A stretch of 5,690 nucleotides of DNA. Source: a virus. The DNA is taken from positions 1 through 5,690 of IMG/VR virus record IMGVR_UViG_3300045988_000106. One strand, written 5' to 3'. A program made the position numbers and the translations under genes. Numbering within the stretch: the first letter of the stretch is position 1; the number at the start of each line of letters is the position of its first letter. The notes under the pieces are model-generated. The model was not told where the DNA came from and did not search any database. It was given only the letters and a program-made list of their open reading frames with translations. This document shows positions 1-4,704 of this stretch, piece by piece.

Positions 1-1641
1 GTACAACGGCATCCGTCTTGTGGTTTTGTTTGCTACCCTGATAGCTCCGAAAAATTGCGGCTCATTTTGTACGATTAACGTCCTTGCGATTTCTTCTTTT
101 CCTTCTGCCATCCACTCTTGCGATAGTGTCGGTTCATTTTTATAGTTGTCGGCATAGTGCCAGAAGTCTAGTGTTCCGGTTGCGTTGCTTCTCATTTTAC
201 CGGATACCCGGTTAGGTTTCATTCTGTAGTCTGCCCAGGCTTCCTGATAACCGAAGGTATTTTCATCTGTTGCTGTGCCGGTAAGGTAAATTTCTTTTTT
301 CTTTACTGGCTGCTCGCCTAAGTTTGCGAATTGAGGCACGTAGTAGTCTAGTCTGTCTGTTCTGCTCCAGAAACGTTCCAAGCCTTGCTGGTAACTGTGA
401 TTGTGTCGCACACAGCAAACACCGATTACAAAACCGTGCTCCTCAAAAGATTTCGTAAAACTGCTTTCATTGATTGGCGTTACCGACATTGCGCCTGTTT
501 CGCCGATTGGCGTATCTGTGTCGGTCTGCTGTCCGCTTGTCTGCACGATTTGGTTCATGTTGACGTGGTATCTGCCACCGCCAAGGTATTCCGGAACCTG
601 TACAGTTTTATCGCTGATAACCACGTCCCACAGTGCCTGTACCTGTTCACGGTATCTGCTGCCACCTCGTGCAAGCGCTTCGTAGTACTGCTGCACTGCT
701 ACGGCTTTTCTCAAATCGTTGACGGTTGCTGCGCTAACTGATGCGAGGTCTGCACCAAGGTATACTATGTCATGTTCACTGCCTGTTCCATTTCCAATGT
801 TTAAGTATGTTGACCCTGTGACACCGTCTGCTGCGATTGCATACAGTTTGCTTCTGAGGTTGCCCGGGTTTACGCTTCCGTCGTGAAAGCTGTTTACATA
901 CAGAGGTGCTTTTTCGTTAAATTTATCATTTGTGAATCCGCTTATTCTTGCGTTACCTGCCATTGGCATTTGCACCGCTGGTCCGCGCTGAGGATATGGT
1001 AGGCAGCTGGTGAAGTAGTCATGGAATTTGTTTACCGGTAAGCACCGCCCGCCGGTAATTGCGTTCATCAATCTTTTTTCTAATTCCGGTTCGTCTCTAT
1101 AGAGAACTTCGTTGCTGTCTGTTTTGAATACTGCTGCATTGTCTACGTTTTCATCTCTGAAAAATTCATTCCATATCATTACATACGCACGGATTGGTAA
1201 TGCATTGATTTTGAATTGATTTTTGATTTTCGTTGGCACTCCCATGTAGTCAAGAATTGACCCTTCTGCTGGGTATGGATTTTGTTGATTTCCGGTTATT
1301 CTGATTTCCGGTACTTTGTAGCTCTTTGTTGGCATCCAAGGTTTGTCTTCGACTTCTCCCATAAATTGTTTGAAGTCATCCCATAAGATACGGTTAGGAC
1401 AGTAGAAATAGTAAAAATCGATGAACGCGTCATCGAAAACAGGATATTTCGGCGTTGTCATTCGGATGATTGCTGCAGTATCTACGTTGAATGTGTCGCC
1501 CGGCAATACTTCGTCAACGTAAAATGGAATCAGTTCGCCGGAATCAAATGTTGTGAGAATAGTCTGGTCACGGTTGAACCGTGTTCGACTTGCTTTCATT
1601 TCTGGAATCTGGTTGAAATGCCGTTCATTGTTTCGATTCAC
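1..1641 (-). CDS. VP1: Major capsid protein VP1 (phiX174 F-like). This is the N-terminal 547 codons; the ORF runs off the left edge and is completed by 5635..5609 across the circular junction (555 aa total).
   Basis: Hand translation of the - strand frame ending exactly at nt 1 is open for all 547 codons. It is missing from the ORF track presumably because it has no stop inside the window. It starts (GTG)NRNNERHFNQIPEMKASRTRFNRDQTILTTFDSGELIPFYVDEVLPGDTF. It contains LPIRAYVMIWNEFFRDENV, VNDLRKAVAVQQYYEALARGGSRYREQVQALW, PEYLGGG, FGYQEAWADYRMKPNRVSGKMRS and LDFWHYAD, and ends ...RRMPLY at nt 1. These are hallmark Microviridae capsid blocks. AGGAGG lies 7 nt upstream of the GTG at 1641..1639. 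The first in-frame ATG (MKASRT) would remove the conserved HFNQIP segment. Confidence 0.93.
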   Translation of the reverse strand, partial: MNRNNERHFNQIPEMKASRTRFNRDQTILTTFDSGELIPFYVDEVLPGDTFNVDTAAIIRMTTPKYPVFDDAFIDFYYFYCPNRILWDDFKQFMGEVEDKPWMPTKSYKVPEIRITGNQQNPYPAEGSILDYMGVPTKIKNQFKINALPIRAYVMIWNEFFRDENVDNAAVFKTDSNEVLYRDEPELEKRLMNAITGGRCLPVNKFHDYFTSCLPYPQRGPAVQMPMAGNARISGFTNDKFNEKAPLYVNSFHDGSVNPGNLRSKLYAIAADGVTGSTYLNIGNGTGSEHDIVYLGADLASVSAATVNDLRKAVAVQQYYEALARGGSRYREQVQALWDVVISDKTVQVPEYLGGGRYHVNMNQIVQTSGQQTDTDTPIGETGAMSVTPINESSFTKSFEEHGFVIGVCCVRHNHSYQQGLERFWSRTDRLDYYVPQFANLGEQPVKKKEIYLTGTATDENTFGYQEAWADYRMKPNRVSGKMRSNATGTLDFWHYADNYKNEPTLSQEWMAEGKEEIARTLIVQNEPQFFGAIRVANKTTRRMPLY

Positions 1642-2036
1642 TTTTCTTCCTCCTTTGCTTTAGTTTCTTTTTCAGGTTCTTTTTTTGCTGCTTTCTGCAG
1701 TTCTTCCAGCTTCATGGCGTTTGCCTGTGCGGTCGCGATCATGCGGTGATACTCGTGAATGTTCTGCGGAAATTCGGTGATGTCCACTTCTGCCCCCGTC
1801 ATTGCTCCTTCTGATAAGCTTTTAAGGAACATTGGGTCAAAACTTGCTTTTCGGACAATGTTTTTGATGTCGCATTCGTCCGCATAGCTTTCGATTTCCT
1901 GCTGGATGTCGATTGATTCAGTTTCTTGAAGTACTTCTTCGCCTTTCTCGCCTTTTGTCCAGACGTATTGCTTTCGGAACTTTTCTCCTGATTCAGAAAA
2001 GAAGGACTCTCGCCCTTCTTCGTATCGTTTATTCAC
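1638..2036 (-). CDS. VP3: Internal scaffolding protein VP3
   Basis: The ORF-track frame 1638..2141 contains the gokushovirus VP3-like block IQQEIESYADECDIKNIVRKASFDPMFLKSL and an acidic/lysine-rich tail. The start is uncertain. GTG at 2036 has GGGAGGG 9 nt upstream and overlaps the upstream gene stop (GTGAATAA). The alternative ATG at 2090 has only GAGG abutting the ATG and would overlap the upstream gene by 62 nt. The TTG at 2141 used by the track has no RBS. The TGA stop overlaps the VP1 GTG (GTGA, 1638..1641). Confidence 0.75.
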   Translation of the reverse strand: MNKRYEEGRESFFSESGEKFRKQYVWTKGEKGEEVLQETESIDIQQEIESYADECDIKNIVRKASFDPMFLKSLSEGAMTGAEVDITEFPQNIHEYHRMIATAQANAMKLEELQKAAKKEPEKETKAKEEEK

Positions 2037-2268
2037 GCGGCTTGCCCTCCCATACTTTTTCTTTCCGGTTCTGGAAAAGTCCCGTTTCATCCTCGAATTC
2101 TGCCAGTTTGTAACCGGTGTAGTCCTGCGGACTCTGCCCAATGAAGGTCTTTTCGTCCTTTGCCATTACGTTGCACATACGTGCGAACGTTGCATCGTTT
2201 TTGCTTTCGCCTACCCATGCATAGCATTTTGCTACATCGTCCCAGATGCCATAATAGTTGTGTTTCAT
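2029..2268 (-). CDS. VP5-like small nonstructural protein (conserved Microviridae ORF5-type protein), 79 aa
   Basis: Starting from the ATG at 2268, with AAAGGA about 9 nt upstream, the protein is MKHNYYGIWDDVAKCYAWVGESKNDATFARMCNVMAKDEKTFIGQSPQDYTGYKLAEFEDETGLF... This matches the pattern I recall for gokushovirus VP5-type proteins: N-terminal Y-x-I/V-x-D, then ND-x-x-A-x-R, then P-x-D-Y/F...G-x-F-D-x-x-T-G. The position between the small DNA-binding gene and VP3 is also typical. The family assignment is from memory, not a search. Confidence 0.6.
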   Translation of the reverse strand: MKHNYYGIWDDVAKCYAWVGESKNDATFARMCNVMAKDEKTFIGQSPQDYTGYKLAEFEDETGLFQNRKEKVWEGKPRE

Positions 2269-2284
2269 TGTTTTTATCCTTTCT

Positions 2285-2404
2285 TTACAGCCGGATTCCA
2301 CCGCGCATAGGTTTCTGGCTAAGGTTGATTTTTTTGGTTTTGCGTGCGGTTACGTTGAACATACGTCGGTCTTTTGCACCGCTCATCTTCTTACGATATG
2401 CCAT
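2285..2404 (-). CDS. Small basic DNA-binding/packaging protein (phiX174 J-like, gokushovirus VP8-like), 39 aa
   Basis: This ORF is too short for the ORF track. Codon-by-codon hand translation gives MAYRKKMSGAKDRRMFNVTARKTKKINLSQKPMRGGIRL* with 13 of 39 residues K/R and the C-terminal PMRGGIRL motif typical of gokushovirus small DNA-binding peptides. AAGGGAG lies 7 nt upstream of the ATG at 2404. The TAA stop is at 2285..2287. It overlaps the 3' end of the upstream 74-aa ORF by 14 nt. Confidence 0.8.
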   Translation of the reverse strand: MAYRKKMSGAKDRRMFNVTARKTKKINLSQKPMRGGIRL

Positions 2405-2615
2405 TATTGTGCTCCCTTCTCATTAATTCTAATTCGATTGTATTTGCAAAGCTTTTCATTTGCCAAATTTCGTCTATTAGCCTTTTAGCATCTTCGATTT
2501 TTGACACTTTTCTAAGCATTTTGTAATTGTCATCAATTTCTTTGTATTTTCGTATGATTAGATCTTCTAGTGCTTCTTTGGTCTGATCTCGTACGTTCCA
2601 TGTTTTGTGCATCAT
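2391..2615 (-). CDS. Hypothetical protein, 74 aa, predicted all-helical
   Basis: This is the internal ATG-ATG of track ORF 2391..2675, with AAGGAG 7 nt upstream. The product is MMHKTWNVRDQTKEALEDLIIRKYKEIDDNYKMLRKVSKIEDAKRLIDEIWQMKSFANTIELELMRREHNNGIS. It is charged with heptad-like hydrophobic spacing and has no hydrophobic span. I do not recognise a family. Confidence 0.55.
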   Translation of the reverse strand: MMHKTWNVRDQTKEALEDLIIRKYKEIDDNYKMLRKVSKIEDAKRLIDEIWQMKSFANTIELELMRREHNNGIS

Positions 2616-2619
2616 GGCT

Positions 2620-2742
2620 TTACTCCTTTTCGTTTTCGTTGATGCTATCATGCAGTGCATGATAGATTTCGTCAAGCTTTTCCAGAATCTGCATCATAAT
2701 CCGGATTGCCTGCTTGACGTCTTTAATAGAAATCAGTGCCAT
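2620..2742 (-). CDS. Hypothetical protein, 40 aa, predicted helical
   Basis: This is the internal ATG of track ORF 2620..2835, with AAAGGGGG 7 nt upstream and located 1 nt after the peptidase stop. The product is MALISIKDVKQAIRIMMQILEKLDEIYHALHDSINENEKE. Its tight packing between two RBS-bearing genes supports it being real, but it is short and I do not recognise a family. Confidence 0.45.
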   Translation of the reverse strand: MALISIKDVKQAIRIMMQILEKLDEIYHALHDSINENEKE

Positions 2743-2743
2743 T

Positions 2744-3133
2744 TTATACCCCCTTTCTGTATTTGCTGGTTCGTACATCGAAGTGCACCCAGCTTCTGTA
2801 TACGATAATGCCGCATTCATCCGGTACAATTTCATTCAGTATGTTGGCTACCTGTTTCGGTTTCATTCCATTTACTCGGATGTCTGCTGCCATACCGCGC
2901 ATGTGATAGCTGTATTTTGCTCCACCGCATTTTTCGTTCCACTCTGGTGTTCTGTATCCGCTTGTGATGATGACCGGCTTTCCTAGTTTATTTCGGAGAA
3001 TGTTCAGAACGTTGTGTAAGTAGTCGTCTATGAATACTACCGGGCTCAAGTCGTTGCAAGCAAATTCTTTTACTTTAAAATATTTTCCAAGTTTTTCATT
3101 TTTATCTGTTTCCACAATGTAGCTTCTAATCAT
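2744..3133 (-). CDS. Zn-dependent peptidoglycan peptidase, Peptidase_M15_3 / LAS-superfamily (D-Ala-D-Ala carboxypeptidase-like putative endolysin), 129 aa
   Basis: The translation contains FKVKEFACND...GKPVIITSGYRTPEWNEKCGGAKYSYHMRGMAADIRV...GIIVYRSWVHFDVR. This carries the SGYR-x4-N, the S-x-H-x6-D and the V-H-x-D-x-R blocks (His/Asp/His Zn ligands) of M15/LAS peptidases. The start is taken as the ATG at 3133, which has GAGGT 7 nt upstream and lies downstream of a good promoter. The track start at 3169 has no RBS and lies inside that promoter. Confidence 0.85.
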   Translation of the reverse strand: MIRSYIVETDKNEKLGKYFKVKEFACNDLSPVVFIDDYLHNVLNILRNKLGKPVIITSGYRTPEWNEKCGGAKYSYHMRGMAADIRVNGMKPKQVANILNEIVPDECGIIVYRSWVHFDVRTSKYRKGV

Positions 3134-3159
3134 GGCCGTTACCTCGCTTTCTAATTTGA

Positions 3160-3188
3160 ATGATATCATTTTTTTGGTCGATCGTCAA
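3160..3188 (-). promoter_or_regulatory. Sigma70-type promoter with extended -10, driving the peptidase/accessory/VP3/VP1 gene block
   Basis: The - strand reads TTGACG (3188..3183), a 17-nt spacer ending in TGA, then TATCAT (3165..3160). This gives a 5/6 match at -35, a 5/6 match at -10, and a TGn extended -10. The predicted TSS near 3153 leaves the GAGGT RBS and the ATG at 3133 in the leader. Confidence 0.5.
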
Positions 3189-3279
3189 TTGTTTTTTGGT
3201 TTGAATGGCGCTTTAGCGCCTTGCCGTGCGGAGCGCATGCGGAGCTCGGCTAATCCATTCATTGTTAGCGCTGTGCGCG

Positions 3280-3454
3280 TTTTCAACACTTTCAACACTT
3301 TCAACAGGTTTTCCACAAAATGTTGCACAATGATTTTCGTCATTTTGACGGACTTTCAACAATTCAACAAGTTTTCAACAAAACTTTCAACAGTGTTTTT
3401 TGCTTTTTATTTACGTTTTAGCGTTAAATTTTAGTGCTTTTCAACTTTTCCACA
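3280..3454 (+). repeat. Array of 11 direct, same-orientation 9-mers YTTTCAACA / TTTTCCACA (iteron-like or DnaA-box-like)
   Basis: The core TTCAACA occurs at 3282, 3291 and 3300 (three exact tandem 9-bp units), and at 3355, 3363, 3374 and 3386. Variants are TTCCACA at 3311 and 3448, TTGCACA at 3323 and TTCAACT at 3440. The 9-mers at 3309..3317 and 3446..3454 are TTTTCCACA. Confidence 0.9.
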
Positions 3455-3492
3455 TTGCCTACTACTACTCCTACAACAAGTTATATATTATA

Positions 3493-3524
3493 CGGCGCTT
3501 GTGAGCTTGCGAACAATAGCGCCG
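3493..3524. other. Hairpin: CGGCGCT / AGCGCCG 7-bp stem, with 3 further bp after a 2-nt bulge
   Basis: 3493..3499 pairs with 3518..3524, and 3500..3502 pairs with 3513..3515. It sits next to a - strand TATAAT (3492..3487) that has TTGTTC (3516..3511) 18 nt upstream. Confidence 0.55.
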
Positions 3525-3531
3525 AAGAGCA

Positions 3532-3574
3532 CGCGCGTGCGCGCGTGCGCGTTTCGCGCGCGTGCGCACGCGCG
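3532..3574. other. Very stable GC hairpin: 20-bp stem, TTT loop, built from alternating purine-pyrimidine sequence
   Basis: 3532..3551 pairs base by base with 3574..3555. There are 18 Watson-Crick pairs and 2 G-T pairs, and the loop is 3552..3554. The arms (3529..3551 and 3555..3574) alternate purine/pyrimidine without a break and are almost entirely G/C, which is out of character with the rest of the genome. Confidence 0.85.
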
Positions 3575-3592
3575 ATGAAGTATAGCTATTTG

Positions 3593-3610
3593 ATAGACTG
3601 AATAGACTGA
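3593..3610. repeat. Tandem direct repeat, 2 x ATAGACTGA
   Basis: 3593..3601 is identical to 3602..3610. It is preceded by the 8-bp palindrome ATAGCTAT (3582..3589). Confidence 0.8.
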
Positions 3611-3633
3611 TACATGGAGTTCTTAAATGATAA

Positions 3634-3666
3634 TAGCCAAGTACTTACTTGATAGGTACTTGGCTA
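3634..3666 (-). terminator. Hairpin 18 nt downstream of the VP4 stop; possible intrinsic terminator
   Basis: The 11-bp perfect stem is TAGCCAAGTAC (3634..3644) / GTACTTGGCTA (3656..3666). On the - strand it is followed by TTATCATTTAAG, an interrupted U-rich tract. Confidence 0.4.
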
Positions 3667-3684
3667 GGTGACACCATGACACTG

Positions 3685-4704
3685 TTAAAGTGTCCCTCTC
3701 TTCTTCATCTGCTTCTTTATCACTCTCTCTTTCGTTTTACATTGTTCTTCAAAGTCTGCATTTTCGTACTTTAGTTTGTTTTCTGCTATTGCTGCTGCTT
3801 GTCTGTTCTGTTTAATCCTCCACAATCTTTGTGGGTTTTCTGCTTCCATCATTTTTTCATAATAACGTGGAATTTGTGCGTGTTTGCCGTTTGTGCATTG
3901 GATATATCCTTGCCTCCAGATTTCTTCTTTGTGTTCTTGATAGTAGTGGTCTCCCAGTCCCGGTTTAAGACTCATGCATGCAAAAGGCTTTTGTTGCCCT
4001 AGTTCGTAGTATGCGTTTGCTTTCTGCCCGTCTATCTCGTACATTTTCTTCGTGACGTATCCTGCAACATATCTATAGGTTTCCGGTACTGCTTGAGCTA
4101 TCTGTATTTGACCCATGCCCCATAGGTTTTCTAGCCATTTACTTGTGAAATATCCGTTGTGTTGTTTTTTGTATAGATGTTCTAGGTCTGTTGGTTTCCA
4201 CCCATATAAAATCATATGGTAATGTGGCCTAGCTGTTTGTTCTCCGTACTCTCCCGCTACAAAATAGCGTAATTTGCCCTTATAAGCTTTTCTGAGACGT
4301 TTTAAGAACTTTTGAACGTCAGTATACAGCAACGTTTGGACGCTTTCAGGGCGCTTCTCTCCCGGTTTCCAGACGTATTGTACTTTTCGCATGATTTCAC
4401 CTGTGTTTACTATCATGCCCGGTATATGGTCATCGTCATAAGTCAATGTGATAAACCAAACTTCTTCTCTTGGATAGTCTCGTGCTTCTAATTCTATTCG
4501 TGTTGTCCAGTCCTCTCTTTGTCTGATTCTGCATCCGATGCACTGCCCGCATGGTATTAGCATGACATTTTTTCTATACATCAAATCTTCATACTTTAGC
4601 TGTTTTCCCGCTAACTGAGAATAGCGGGAGAGTGAATACACCCTCCCGCTAATGTTTTTTTCGTTAGGGTTGTACAGCCGTATTAACGGTTTGTAACAAC
4701 TCAC
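3685..4704 (-). CDS. VP4: Replication initiation protein VP4 (phiX174 A-like HUH rolling-circle endonuclease), 339 aa
   Basis: It has the (GTG)MSCYKPL N-terminus, the Cys cluster PCGQCIGCRIRQREDWTTRIELE, FITLTYDD, the HUH motif ARPHYHMILYG and the catalytic Tyr motif YRYVAGYVTKK. This is the canonical Microviridae Rep motif set. The start codon is GTG at 4704..4702, with AGGTGA 9 nt upstream, and it overlaps the VP2 TGA stop (GTGA). Confidence 0.93.
   Translation of the reverse strand: MSCYKPLIRLYNPNEKNISGRVYSLSRYSQLAGKQLKYEDLMYRKNVMLIPCGQCIGCRIRQREDWTTRIELEARDYPREEVWFITLTYDDDHIPGMIVNTGEIMRKVQYVWKPGEKRPESVQTLLYTDVQKFLKRLRKAYKGKLRYFVAGEYGEQTARPHYHMILYGWKPTDLEHLYKKQHNGYFTSKWLENLWGMGQIQIAQAVPETYRYVAGYVTKKMYEIDGQKANAYYELGQQKPFACMSLKPGLGDHYYQEHKEEIWRQGYIQCTNGKHAQIPRYYEKMMEAENPQRLWRIKQNRQAAAIAENKLKYENADFEEQCKTKERVIKKQMKKRGTL

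Noticed and set aside
385-741. + strand ORFs 385..741 (118 aa) and 401..685 (94 aa)
   Set aside because: They lie antisense to the well-supported capsid gene. Their translations are Cys/Leu/Val-rich with no recognisable motif and no RBS. They are typical shadow ORFs opposite a long coding frame.
2029-3169. Long N-terminal extensions of the track ORFs (starts at 2141, 2301, 2675, 2835 and 3169)
   Set aside because: Each extended start lacks an RBS and would overlap the upstream gene extensively. Internal starts at 2036 (or 2090), 2268, 2615, 2742 and 3133 each have a canonical SD at 7-9 nt and tile the genes with minimal overlap.
3185-3262. - strand 25-aa ORF MNGLAELRMRSARQGAKAPFKPKNN in the non-coding region
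   Set aside because: It has no Shine-Dalgarno upstream, unlike every other gene here. It overlaps the -35 box of the peptidase promoter and the GGCGC-TTTA-GCGCC hairpin (3207..3220). It is too short to evaluate otherwise.
3132-3434. + strand 100-aa ORF spanning the non-coding region (…NTFNTFNRFSTKCC…FQQFNKFSTKLSTVFF…)
   Set aside because: Its repetitive peptide is simply the translation of the TTCAACA repeat array. It has no RBS, runs opposite to every real gene, and starts inside the peptidase coding sequence.
3280-3454. The possibility that the repeat array is a CRISPR array or a satellite/transposon end
   Set aside because: The repeat units are only 7-9 bp, several abut directly with no spacers, and there is no inverted terminal repeat pair or transposase. 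The context is a complete microvirus genome.
3532-3574. The GC-rich hairpin as a rho-independent terminator
   Set aside because: There is no T/U tract adjacent to the stem on either strand. The better terminator candidates are 3634..3666 and 5571..5598.
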